Source: Phaeosaccion multiseriatum (Eukaryota; Protista; Ochrophyta, other classes). Taken from it: a DNA stretch of 64,000 nt. Location of the stretch: positions 1,302,001 through 1,366,000 of the forward strand of contig OZ218963.1 of the NCBI GenBank assembly GCA_965112735.1, in the 5' to 3' direction. The notes under the pieces are model-generated. The model searched no databases, was not told the origin of the DNA, and was given only the letters and a program-made list of their open reading frames with translations. Of the stretch, positions 36,603-49,257 are shown one piece after another. The position numbers and the translations under genes are program-made. Within the stretch, counting starts at the first letter, position 1, and every line of letters begins with the position of its first letter.

Positions 36603-36859
36603 CGCCGGCGCCAGCCGGCCTGATTACTGATTACAGCGGGTGACCAGCCGGCCTGTTTCCTGATTATGGTCGGCACGATCGCACAGCCGGCCAGTGAGTA
36701 CGGGCCACGATCGAAGGCCACATGAGCCTAGAGTAGCTACGCCTCGCTCGCGCACCGCCGGGCTGATCAGCCAGCCGGCCTGATTAGTGATTATGACCGG
36801 CGCCAGCCAGCTGATTACTGATTATGGCCGGCGCACACCGTAATCTTGTCCAGGGCCGA
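36603..36859 (-). mobile_element. Family-A MITE copy, reverse orientation
   Basis: Reverse complement begins TCGGCCCTGGACAAGATTACGGTGTGCGCCGGCCATAATCAGTAATCAG, matching 7064 and 10270. Confidence 0.8.
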
Positions 36860-37406
36860 ACTCTCCTGGGTGCAAGACACCCTTCTACAAGACCCGAATG
36901 GCCCTTACGTAAGGAACAGGAGTTTCAGTTTGTTAGGCCTCCACATGCTGCAGTCCATAGAAAGACGAGGGCGACACGACGCGCGTGTTCAAACTCGCTA
37001 AAACAGTAGTTTGCGGTGGAAGGGGGGGGGGGGGGAGGTCGTTTGGGTGTCTCAAAACTTTCTTTCTTTGACCTCTCTTTTCCTGTCGCGGCAATACACA
37101 TACACAAACAAAATGTACACGCATTTTACACTTTTACAATGTTGGACTATGGTAAAAATACAAAAGATAGCTATGCATCAGTAAACTGATTGCCTCCTCC
37201 TTCCCTCCAGTGGTCTGACGCTCGCTGAAACTAACACTGACAAATTGAGGGCTCTGCTGCAGAGCACGACACCCCCACACGGTTCCTTCCTTCCCTTCCC
37301 TTCCCTCCGCCATGTGAAGCGACAACAACGGGAAGTGTAGACGCCTTCAACAAATCGGCTTTGTGATGCACCAAGCCAGTAGCAATAGGCTGCGCAAGTT
37401 GGTTGT

Positions 37407-40400
37407 CTATCCTCGCGCCAGCGATTTGAAGAACTTCCGCTGGATGGCCTTGTTCTGGAGAGTCTTGGGTTGGGCCACCTTGCTGCCCCACTCCTGGGCC
37501 AGAGCCTTGCAATCCGTCCTCGAAGACACACGAGTGAGGCCCGCCAGGTACTGCCCACGCAGCTCCTCACTCAGCCCAGCGAAGAGCGGGGCCGAGGCCT
37601 GGCATGCCCAGTCGAGAATGGTGGTGGTGCGAGCGTAGGACGAGGCCGTTCGCCCCCAGGGATCCACGGGAATGGCCGCCACCTCCTCCGGCATGAAGGC
37701 GTGAAGGAAGGCGCCCATGGCACTCGCGTCGGAGAAGAGGGTCTCCGCGCCGGGGCAGTCGTGCAGGGTGCCTTCAGTAGCGCACTTGCGGGCTGCCTTG
37801 GGCGCATCGCCGCTGCAGGAGCCCTCTTGACGAGAGCGCATGAAGTCCACAAAGCTCATGCCGTTCTGCTCGCTGAGGTGCTTGCGCAGGGCCGGGTACA
37901 TGGCCTTGGGGTACACGAGGGTGTCGTAGAGGGAGAAGTCGAGGTCCTGCCAAGCGCCCATCGCCTTGGAGGTGCCCGCTTGCCAGCAGACCTGAGCTCA
38001 CACAGAGGGAGAGGGGAGGTAGAGAGGGAGAGGGGAAGGGGATTGAGGTAGCTGTCGAAAAAGTAATGCATTTGCTTCTCGCGGCTCCAAAAGTAACACA
38101 AGAGCCACAGAAGAAGCAACCTCCAAGTACTGCCGACACTATCCGCCGCCCTCCCCCCCCCACCAGCCCCCTCCAGAAACCACAAACCACAGTATGCATA
38201 GCCTTTGCTCCTTCCTTCTCTTACCATTGCGTCTCCTTCGTCGTCCGTGTAGGAGCGGTACGGCAGCACGGGCTTGCCAAAGCGGAAGAGGTGGCGGTAG
38301 TCAACGTCCTCGAAAATCACCTTGTCGGAGTCAGGGAGTGCGCGGGGGAAGGAGGGAGAGAGTGAGTGAGTGAGCGAGTGGTGCTTGTGCGAGTGAGTGA
38401 GTGCGACGAGTGAGTGATCCTCCCTCCCTCCCTCCTTCCATCCCTTCATCTCTGCCTCCCTTCCCCTTCTTACCTTGTCGGAGTCCATGTGCAGGACAAA
38501 GGCACTCTCCGGGGAGGTGAAGAGGTCAGAGCGCAGCTTGTTGTACTGCTGTTGGGCGTACACATCCATGCCCTCCTCCTCCTCCTCGATCATGAGTCGG
38601 ATGGGGAAGGGAGGAGGTGTCTTGCCGTGCAGGAAGAAGGCCACAACCTCTTGCAATTGGGCCTGGTCCGCCTCGGTACCCAACACCACCACCTCGGTGG
38701 CGAAGGGCACGCGGGCAATGATGGAGCTCAGGCTCGTGGGGACAAGGTCGATGCCACCCACCACGGCCCGGAGGACGACGCTGACGGCAAAGGCGGGGTC
38801 GGAGGCAATGTCGGGCATGGACACATCCCATTCCTCCGAGAATTCCACGTCCTCCTTCCAGGGCAGCCTCCCATCCTCGGCCTCGTCCCTCAGGGACAGC
38901 AGCCATCCGAACTCGCAGTGGCGACTCCCCTTCGCCATCTTGCGCAGTTCGGGGGCGATGTTGTGCGTCTTGGCGAGCTGCAAGTCCGCTCGGCAGGTGA
39001 AGGGCGGACGGTTGGGGGGAATGTCCCACACGTTGACATCGCTGCTGAACACATTGTACTCGTTCCACGCGGAGGGGTTGTGGAAGCCCATGGGGATGGT
39101 AGCGGACGGCTGCGAGAAGGCCATCTGGCACAGGAGCTGCACCATATTGATGGCGTAGGGGTGGAGCAGACGCTTGATGTCGTCGTCCACTCCGTCCAGC
39201 AGGAGGCTTTCGTCATCGATAGTAGCGAGAGCAGCCTCCTCGACTTGGAGTGCCGAGGAGAACTTAGGCAGCTCATCCCGGAGGCGCTTGTTCACATCCG
39301 CGGGCAGCAGCACCTCGGAGCTGTCCCCACCAAAGGCCTTGGCCTCGAAGCCGAACAGCTCGCGAACGAACAGATTAGTCTCCTCCACAATCTGGGCTTC
39401 CTCTGCAGTGCTGCCCTGGGCGATGGCCAGTGGGGCCCAGTCCAGCAGGAGATTTCCGTTGATGTCGTACACATCCTTTCGCAGGGGTGGGCGGGTGAGC
39501 ACGGTGCCCACGGTGAGGTAGTAGATGATAGACGTGTCGGGTCCGCAGTACTCGTCGGCCCACAGGGCGGTGAGGGCTGGCATGGAGGAGTTGTGCACCT
39601 GTTGGTAATACAGGCAGGGAGGGAAGGTGTGTGTGAGAGTGAGTGTCCGTAGGTATGCCCATGCTCGTGCGTGGTCCTCCTCCCTCCGCTCTCTCCTTTT
39701 CTCTCCGCTCCCTCACTCCCTCTGTACCACCAATAGCTACAGCCACTCACTCCCTCTGTACCACCAATAGCTACAGCCACTCACTTGGACGACAGTGCCT
39801 GAGCTGCTGAGGCCCCCCATGGTGCGGTTGAAGATGAAGAAGTCGTGCGGGTGTACCTAGAGGAAGAGAATAGGAGGTAGCAAAGAGAACAAAAGCGTAA
39901 GTTAGACGAGTTGCCAGGTCAGTCAGAGTAGTAGTGTGCGGGCAGGCTCTCAATAAACAAGAAGGGAGAGATGCCGCTCGGAGATAAGAACAGTCGCTCG
40001 GACGGAAGGGCAGTCGAAGGAGAGCTTTTTCATTTCCCAACCAGACGGGGTGGCTGAAGTGGTGGGAGGGACGCTTGGGGAATCAGTTCAGTGGGATGCG
40101 GCACGGTCACGGTAAGGAGTGCGGATGGATTGCGCCGTCGGTGGGCCGGAGAAGAGAGAAGCAAGACAATCTCTCTCACCCACTCACTCACTCACCCCAA
40201 TGGCAATCTTGTCCACACTAGACCAGTGAAGCTCGAGGGACCGTACAGACTCCGCCGCCTCTTCGTGGAAGTCCGCGTACGCCGTCATAAACACGCACAT
40301 ACCCTCTCCACTGAGGGCGTCATCCAGCAGAGTCAGATGCTCTTCCTCCTCCTCCTCCTCCTCCTCCTCCTCCTTGCTCTTCATTTGCTCGCTGTCGAGC

Positions 40401-40856
40401 AGGTGGGCCAGCTGTCGAGTGGCGACGGATAGACTACGCGTGGCTCCTGCCGCCTTGACGTAGACCGGAGGAGGGGTCGGGGTGGGGGGTACAGGTGTTG
40501 GTGGTTCCGTCACGTCCGTGCATACGACTGCGCCGTCACCAGGAAGGAATTGGTCGGCGAACTCCTCCTCTGCGGCTGCCGCGGCCTCCTCGCTGTCGTA
40601 GCAGACACGGCAGAGCTCGTTGGTGTCTAGTTTAGGGGTTTGCGGACGTGCGTGAGAGTTGGAGTTGGAGTTGGAGTTTCCAGTTGGTAGTTGTGGAGGA
40701 TGGGTCGTGGGTGGGTGCGTGGGTGTGAGGGTTGAGTGTGTTGTGTCATGTGTGTAAGGGAGAGGACGAAGGTTAGGTGGTGAGTCTTATGAAATGGTTT
40801 CCGCCTTGGGTGTGCGAGTTGAGTGGGGGACAACTCTAACCCCCACTTGCAACACA

Positions 40857-40892
<36 letters not shown>

Positions 40893-43800
40893 GTCTCTCT
40901 CTCGCACCCCTTCCCCCGCTGCTCTCACTGCATACCACCTCCCCTCCTTCCGCTCTCTTCCGACCTCCACCCCCCTGCCTCTCTCTCTGCCCTTGTTCCA
41001 ACTTACCTCCATCGACGGGGGGAGGGGTCGTTGGCGTAGGCACCGGAGTGGGACCCCCGACGTCAGGCAGCGGCGGTGTGCCCGGCAGAACCGGCAAGAA
41101 CTCATCGCAGGGGAGGAACTGACCGTACCCGCAGTAGCGGCAGTTATTGGCTTCGGAAAAGGGCGAAATGCAACCGGTGCCTCCAAACCCCGCGGTGCAA
41201 GAGCGATCACGCACGCACGCAGTCACAGAGCATGACCCGATTCCACCACAGCCCACGGTTGGTGGGGTGGGGGTCGGTGGGGTAGGTGTGGGTGGGGTAG
41301 GGGTGGGTGGGGTAGGGGTGGGTGGGGTAGGGGTGGGTGGGGTAGGTGTGGGTGGGGTAGGGGTGGGTGGGGTAGGTGTGGGTGGTGTAGGTGTGGGTGG
41401 GGTAGGGGTGGGTGGGGTAGGTGTGGGTGGGGTAGGGGTGGGTGGGGTAGGGGTGGGTGGGGTAGGGGTTGGTGGGGTAGGGGTGGGTGGGGTAGGGGTT
41501 GGTGGGGTAGGTGTAGGAGGGGTAGGTGTAGGAGGGGTAGGGGTGGGAGAGGGGGGCGTAGGTGTGGGGGAGATGGGGCTGCCATCCAAAGCCGTGTCAC
41601 AGTCAAGGAAGCGGCCTCCACAGTAGCGGCAGCTGTTGGTGGCGCTGAGGGGGGCGATGCATCCGGTACCTCCTGGTCCGCCCAGCTCGCAAGCAGGGTC
41701 TTGTACGCAAGTGTTGCCGCCGATTCCACACGAGGCGATTCCCGCACAGCCCGTTGGTGGGGTAGGTGTAGGTGGGGTAGGGGTGGGTAGGGTAGGTGTA
41801 GGAGGTGTAGGTGTGGGTGGTGTAGGTGTAGGAGGGGTAGGGGTGGGTGGGGTAGGTGTAGGAGGGGTAGGTGTGGGTGGGGTAGGGGTGGGTGGTGTAG
41901 GAGTGGGGGACGGTCCACCAACTGGTCCACCACCAGGGAGGTACGTGTCGCAGTCGAGGCTTGCTGAATCGGGGCCACAGAAGCGACAAGCAGTCGTGAA
42001 AGGGTGCTGGCAACCTGTGCCGTAAGGTGGGCTCAGGCAGGCCGAGTCCAGGATACAGCTCTTGTTGATGCAGCCAAAGTTCAGAAACTTGCACTCCTCT
42101 CCACCGGGAAGGGGCACCCCGGGCGTGGGCACGCCCGGCGTTGGTGCGGTGGGTGTAGGTGTGGGTGGGGTAGGTGTGGGTGGGGTAGGTGTGGGTGGGG
42201 TAGGTGTGGGTGGGGTAGGTGTGGGTGGGGTAGGGGTGGGTGGGGTAGGGGTGGGTGGGGTAGGTGTGGGTGGGGTAGGTGTGGGTGGGGTAGGGGTGGG
42301 TGGGGTAGGGGTGGGTGGGGTAGGTGTGGGTGGGGTAGGGGTGGGTGGGGTAGGGGTGGGTGGGGTAGGAGTGGGTGGGGTAGGTGTGGGTGGGGTAGGG
42401 GTGGGTGGGGTAGGTGTGGGTGGGGTAGGTGTGGGTGGGGTGGGGGTGGGTGGGGTAGGGGTGGGTGGGGTGGGTGTAGGAGGGGTAGGGGTGGGTGGGG
42501 TAGGGGTGGGTGGGGTAGGTGTGGGTGGGGTAGGTGTGGGTGGGGTGGGGGTGGGTGGGGTAGGTGTAGGAGGGGTAGGTGTGGGTGGGGTAGGGGTGGG
42601 TGGTGTAGGAGTGGGGGACGGTCCACCAACTGGTCCACCACCAGGGAGGTACGTGTCGCAGTCGAGGCTTGCTGAATCGGGGCCACAGAAGCGACAAGCA
42701 GTCGTGAAAGGGTGCTGGCAACCTGTGCCGTAAGGTGGGCTCAGGCAGGCCGAGTCCAGGATACAGCTCTTGTTGATGCAGCCAAAGTTCAGAAACTTGC
42801 ACTCCTCTCCACCGGGAAGGGGCACCCCCGGCGTGGGCACGCCCGGCGTTGGTGCGGTGGGTGTAGGTGTGGGTGGGGTAGGGGTGGGTGGTGTAGGGGT
42901 GGGTGGGGTAGGCGTGGGTGGGGTAGGGGTGGGTGTGGTGGGGGTGGGTGGGGTAGTAGGGGTGGGTGGGGTAGGTGTGGGTGGGGTAGGCGTGGGTGGG
43001 GTAGGTGTGGGTGGGGTAGGGGTGGGTAGGGTAGGTGTAGGAGTGGTAGGGGTGGGTGGTGTAGGTGTGGGGGACGGTCCACCAACGGGTCCACCGCCAG
43101 GGAGGTACGTGTCGCAGTCGAGGCTTGCTGCATCGGGGCCACAGAAGCGACAAGCAGTCGTGAAAGGGTGCTGGCAACCTGTGCCGTAAGGTGGGCTCAG
43201 GCAGGCCGAGTCCAGGATACAGCTCTTGTTGATGCAGCCAAAGTTCAGAAACTTGCACTCCTCTCCACCGGGAAGGGGCACCCCCGGCGTGGGCACGCCC
43301 GGCGTTGGTGCGGTTGGCGTAGGAGAAGGGGCGGTCGGCGTGGGAGAGGGAGCGGCGGGGCCTCCGATGGGTACGTCGCAGTCGATGTACTGACCGAAGC
43401 CGCAGTAGCGACATGGGTTGCCGGGCTCGATGCACCCCAAGCCTTGCGAGGAGGTGGCACAGGTGGGGTCTGAGGTGCAGGTCTGTGCGTGGTTCGTGGT
43501 GGTGGGGGGTTGGAGCGATGGTAGTGGATGGAGGTATTCGTAAGTCGGGGAGACATAGGTGAATAGCTAGGTAGGAAGGGGCTTAACAAGCCGAAAGTGA
43601 CGTAACTGACGCAACGGCAACCTCTTACCTGTATCCCGACGAGGCAGGCGGCGGTGGTGTCACAGGCAGGGTCGCCTGCACCCGTGGTCTGGAGTCTCCT
43701 CCTGTGGTCGTTGTTGTAGTCCCTCTCCTCGTCCAGCCGTCTTGTTCCACCGTCAGTACCAGTGGGGCCGAGCGGGCAGCCCAGAGGCAGCAGAGCCCCG

Positions 43801-43894
43801 GCTGTGTCACCGAGGCACGAAACGTCGCAGAAGGCCCCCTCTCCTCCGGCGCCGCCACAACCCTCAGCCTCGCACGTCTCCTCCGTGTCCTGCA

Positions 43895-43927
<33 letters not shown>

Positions 43928-46333
43928 CCAGGGCAATTGGTGCTTCAGCGGCAGCATTGGTGGTCCCGCAAGACGCTGCGAGCGGGGGCTCGAGCGTGTC
44001 GCAGAGGATAGGCATGGACAACGGAGAGTGTCCTAGCAGCACGTCCCGCGCTTGCTTCGCACTCTCCATGCAGGGACGGCAGGTGTCGCCAAAGTTGCCA
44101 AAGTAACACGCGCTCTTCAGCTCCTTCAGCGCCTTGGACGCGTCCGGGGCCAGCCACGGAGAAGTAGAGGAAGCAGCACCCTCCTCCTCCTCCTCCTCTC
44201 CGGAGGTGGCCACCACAAGACAGCGGGAGTCGCAGATGGCAACTCCCCCGCCGTCGGACAGGCAGCGCTCGTCACACTTGGGGGCGGGGGGTGGAAGCTT
44301 GGTACTGCACATCATCACGTGCGGGTTCATGGTGCACGAGCCCTCCGAGGGGGTTTCCGCGGTGAGGTGTTGCTGCACTTGCTTGACGGAGTAAGCGGTG
44401 TGCGACAGGCTGAGCGCCCTCTCGGCCTCCTGTGCCAGCTCCACATCGGTGTAGCACTGGCGGCAGATCTGCGAGTCTTCGGGGTTGGTGTCGTCCTGGT
44501 AGCAGTGGTACCCGTTCCAGCGCTGGCTCGGTCCGGTCCGGCATGTTGCGTCAAAGGCGTAGGACATGCCGGCGGGCAGCGGGTTGGTGCCGGCGAGAGC
44601 GGCGCAAAACGCCTGCTCCTCGGCACTGCCGGTGTCTGTGTAGGAGACAGAGGCGTCTTCGTCTTCGCCTCCAAGCGATCGCCCCTGGTGCTTCTTGAAG
44701 CCTCCGCTCTTGATGGAGGCGTGCACAATGTGCGTGCCGGACTGTGGATGGCAGTGGATGGGGAGGAGGAGGGTACAAAAGATTAGAGTAAGGGGGAGGG
44801 AAGCCTACGCACGCCGCCTACGCACGCGCAATCGGGGCACCAGAAATAATAAAAATAAAAACCAACCGCAACAGAACAAACCTGGAGACCTCTTCTCACC
44901 TGCTCATCGTCCTTCTTGGTGAGCCTTCTGTGGGAGGAGGCGGAGACGTCCACGAAGCCGATGTTCTTGAACAGATCTGTGTGCACGAACTTGTGCACGT
45001 ACTGCTGGTAGATTGGCCAGGCGTAGGGGAAGTCGCTCGCCGCCCTCCAAATGGCCACGTCAAAGGGGTTGCTCTCAATCTCGGGAGGGAACCTCTTCTT
45101 CACGTAGAACAGGAACTCCTTGAAGGACGGGTCGTCGAGGTTGTAGAGCGCATTGCCGTTGATGTGCCCCACCACAGACCAGGATGAAGACTCGTGCACC
45201 GTCTTGACGAAGCTGTCTCCCCTGAAGACTCCTCCTTTCATCCAGAAGTCGCTCGGGGCGGCTGCGTCCCACATGGCCGTGAGGTCTCGCGGGTTGGAGA
45301 TGGTGTTGTCCCACTCCAGCTGAGCCATCCTTGCTGTTGGTTATCGTCCGTACGCACGGGAACAAAGACGCGTAGGCAGGATGTAGACGGCAGCACGGTA
45401 TGGCACAGAATGGCAGAGGGAGGGTGAGAGAGACACGTCAGTTTGTGACACAGCAGCAGCAGCAGCAGCGAGGCATGGCTGACTGAAAAAACGAGCGAAC
45501 ACACAGCCACCCACGCACACGCACACGTTTTTGGGTCGTCGCTTGGGGTGGTTTGGTTGGTACAATTCTCTCCCTCCCCTACGTCTGGCCTGTGCCGTTG
45601 TCCCTGCTCTCCGCCCTCTTTGGATGGGAATCAGCCAAGCGGGGCAGCAGTGCCTCGTCCTTGCCTCGCTCCGCCCTCGTTTTCATCCACCCGCCCACCC
45701 ATCCACCCACTGCCACCCACACACTCACCCACGCACTCACTTACCATACATCTTGAACTGCTGACTGACTTCCTCATTGAGGAAGATGTTGTAGAACTGA
45801 TGCGAAGGTCCTGCGGGGTACCCGTCCTCTTCAGCCGTGAGGTGCGCGAACGCCAACTTGACGTCCCTGAAGCACGAGCGCAGGGAGTCCGGCACAGCAG
45901 CCAACGTGGAATCACTGATCTTGTCTGGGCCGTAGGCATAGTACAAAATGAGGTCCATCTTCGCCTCGGGAGGACCCGTGGCGGAGCAATCAAGGCCGAC
46001 CCAGGAGTCGCCAAAAGCCTCCTTGAGCAGCGTTGCATCCCCCGACCAGAAGGGGGTCACAAGTGCCATGGACGCATTGTTTCTCTCCTCCTGCTGCTGC
46101 AGGTCTTCGGATCCCGACCCCCCCACCCACAGAGACCTGATCACCCTCCCCCCCCCTCCTTCTTTTCCTCCTCCAGATGCAGATGCCGAAGAGTCAAAGT
46201 CGCTGACGAGACTGCCCCCCATCATCATCTTGCTGCTAAGAGCTAGCAAGAGGCATGCCGAAGTCAATGCCGCGATGATGACATCCTTTGTCCGCGCCAC
46301 CGCGCCCCCACCTTCTCCGCGTGCGGCCGACAT
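37407..46333 (-). CDS. ~2306-aa type II membrane protein: GT-like domain, Cys-rich modules with (PTP)n linkers, then two further GT-A-like (DUF6492-like) domains, 9 exons
   Basis: GT-AG exons 46333-45745, 45333-44900, 44741-43629, 43482-41007, 40626-40196, 39856-39785, 39598-38474, 38320-38225 and 37991-37407 total 6921 nt with consistent phases. Signal anchor VIIAALTSACLLLAL; HINGNALY; QQYNKLRSDLF..LHMDSD. Confidence 0.8.
41255..43320 (-). repeat. Coding 15-bp repeats (PTPTP) alternating with three near-identical Cys-rich modules
   Basis: GGTGGGGTAGG(G/T)GTG units. The ECKFLNFGCINKSC...LDCDTYLP block appears near 41910-42150, 42620-42860 and 43075-43315. Confidence 0.93.
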
Positions 46334-47432
46334 GGTTCAGGCTGTGTGTGGCACTCCTATTCGGGAAGCAAGGGAGTGTCGAGGGAGGGCGGGCGAGGGC
46401 CAACCGGAGATACAAGCAAAGATCCAACCAGTCGCGCAACCAGCGGGACGACGATGCGAAGCAGGAATGAGGGAGAGGGGGAGGGCGAGAGGTTGCAGTG
46501 GGGGGGGGATGAGCTACGAAAGGGGTCACGCTTCTATTCCCCAAAGGGAGGAGGGAATCAATAATTTTTTCCCGGCTGCCACCCGGATTGGCATCATCAC
46601 ACCAGAGCGAATTCCAGCACAGCTAGCTAGTCTAGCTACCACCTCCCACCTGGCTGGTGCTGGTGCTGCTGCGCTGCTCCTCCTTCTTCCTGTCGTTTCT
46701 TTGGAAGTTTTTAGATTCCCTTCTCCTGCTCCTCCCTCGCGCTGGTTGATCAGCAAGCTTTCATACTCTCTCTCTCCGAGCGAGTCCAGCGTGCTTGTTC
46801 GCGCTGCGTCCGCTCCCTTCCTGCTGGCTGTTTACTGGTGCTAGGCCACCAGAGTAGGTTGGGGTATGTTGTGTAAGCGCGTGCTCCCCGTGCGGGAGGG
46901 GAAGCACCTCAATCACCGAGTACAAGCCCTCTCATTTTTACAAATTCGGGACGACGAAAGGGGGCACAAACGAAGGGCACACAAACTGGAATTTTTTTTC
47001 CTTTTTTTTTCTTTTTCGTCCCTTCCGCAATTCAACAAGGACTTTAAGGAAGCATAAATTTTCTCTATTTTGACTTAGTACCCTTGAGTACAATACCTTT
47101 CGAAAGCAACGCTCTCTCCCTCTCACGCTCCTCCTTCAGTGAACACCTCTGTGCAATCGGAATTGAGGGGAGACAGACCGACTTCACTGGGCTTCCATCG
47201 ATGAGACAAAGTGTGCATTTGTGTGAGATGTATCCAACAGTAGGTAGATGGAGGAGCCCTGAGGACGTCCACATAGCTACTGTACACGTCTCGAGAGGGG
47301 AAAGTTGGAGGGAAAGCTTCCGTGTCTCGCAGCACCACGACTGCATTGTGGATTCCCTCCCCAACCAGCCTGCACCCACCAGTCTCCCAGTCTACCAGTC
47401 TACCACAAAAATTAAAGGGCTGTGCCTTGCCC

Positions 47433-49226
47433 TCAGTCCTGGTGGGAAGAAGAGGCTCCCGCCAGCATGACGTCATCCACAAGGAGGCCGATGTCGCTGG
47501 CAGGCACGCCCAATAGCCCTGCTTGATACGGGATGGGGCGACGCGCACGGAACGGAACCGCAGGCAACAACAAGAGAGGGGAGATGAAAATGAGTGGCCG
47601 TGCGACAAGAGAGCAGTTCGAAGGCGGATGGAAAGGGCGGGGCGAGGCGAGGAGACACTTTAGCTCGACCCTCCCTTCCTTCTCAAGAAAAGGAGGACTT
47701 TCTTCGACCATGGAAAGAAAAGCGAAAAAAAGCCCAGCTTCTCCTCGTTTGTTCCCTTCTCTTCCCTCCTTCTCTCCTCCGGGCACGCTTCCGCCGAGAC
47801 CAACAGCATGCACTACGACCCCTCCTCTTCTTTCTCTCTCACCTTCCACGATGTCCCACGGAGTTCCGTTCTGAGATGCTCCACCACCCTCCCGTATCAT
47901 CCCCACGGCAGCCCCTCTCGCTTCCCGGGGGGGGGGGGCCTCTGGTCCTGCGGCGGCGGCTACTGCTGCTGCCCGTGCTGCTGCAGCTGCTGCAGCTGCC
48001 TTGTCGGAGCTACGGGAAGCTCTGGCGCCGGCTGCCCCGACTGCTGCCCCGGCCGCTACATTGACTTGCAGCACCAAGGAGAGCAAGTACACTCCTCCCA
48101 AAAGAGCCGCGCACAGATTGAAGGGGAAGGTGGCGTCCATCGGATAAGACAAGTCCCTTGAGGCGGCAAAGGCAAAGGCCGCTGTGCCCAACACCGGCCC
48201 TCCCACGTCGCCCACCAGCGCCGCCAGCTGTAGCAGCAGCACCATGCCACTCTTGCTGCCCTTGGTCCGTGCCGTGGCGCCCATGCTGCCGCCCCTGCTC
48301 GCGACGCCTTCGTTGGCACTCGTCGCACTGGCGCGCAGAGAAAGCTGCAGGAGCAGGGAGGCTCCAGACCTCGACAAGATGGTCGCACCGTGTAGCGAGG
48401 CCAGTGCTGCCAGCACACACGCCCACAGTGACCACCCCAGCGTGTCTTCCGCCCCACCGCTCGAAGAAGATGCGCGTCGGCGGCTTAACATCTGACGGTT
48501 ACAGGAGAAAGCAGAAAACACACGACGAAGCACACGTAACAGAGCGAGATGTAAAGGTTTGCCCCAGCGTGTGTGCGTGTGTGCGTGCGTGTACGCAAGG
48601 TATCAATAGGACCGGACCAGTCCAAGCCTCACGCACCTGTTGCACCTGATACAGGGCCAGCAGGACCACAATCTGCAGCCCGGCTCCGAGGCGGATGGCT
48701 CGCAGCGGCGATCGAAGAGGCAGACGCACCACCCTGGCTGGCAGGCAGGAGAAGACGCCGGCAAAGGCCACACCGGCCAGGGCCAGAGCCGGCCCGACTC
48801 TCTCGGGGCTGAAGCCCATGCCCCCGTCACTGATGGAGCTGAGCATCCACATGGGCAGTAGGGCCTCTAGTCCGGTCTGAACGGCGCAGCTCAAGACGTA
48901 CACCACCACCACAGTCACCAGCAGCGCTGCTCTGCCACCGCCATGGCAGGTGGAAGCCTCGCCCCCCCTCCTCCTCTTGCCTTTCTTCCCCTTCTCTGCG
49001 GCTGCCCTTCTGCTGTCTGGCAATACTCTAACCCTGCGCCCTCTCGAGAGGAACCCGCCACCTGAAGACGAGCAGCAGGAGCAGCACCACCAGTTACTGT
49101 CTCCCCCCACCCCCGCCCCTCCTCCTCTTCCTCCTCCTCCTCCGCCTCCGCCTCCGCCTCCACCCCCGCCCCTCCCTGACCGTGCTGCTGCTCCGGCGAC
49201 GATGCCACGAGCCATGCCCCCACCAT

Positions 49227-49257
<31 letters not shown>

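Noticed and set aside
4818-36859. An autonomous transposase for the MITEs within the window
   Set aside because: No ORF with recognisable DDE, tyrosine recombinase, HUH or RT motifs was found.
41147-43473. Plus-strand GVGGV/GWGR and alternative-frame His-rich ORFs
   Set aside because: They are antisense or frame shadows of the (PTP)n exon; only the PTP frame splices in phase.
47065-47470. Cys-containing ORFs of 104-128 aa
   Set aside because: They have non-ATG starts and no recognisable family, and probably belong to the 3' UTR of the MFS gene.
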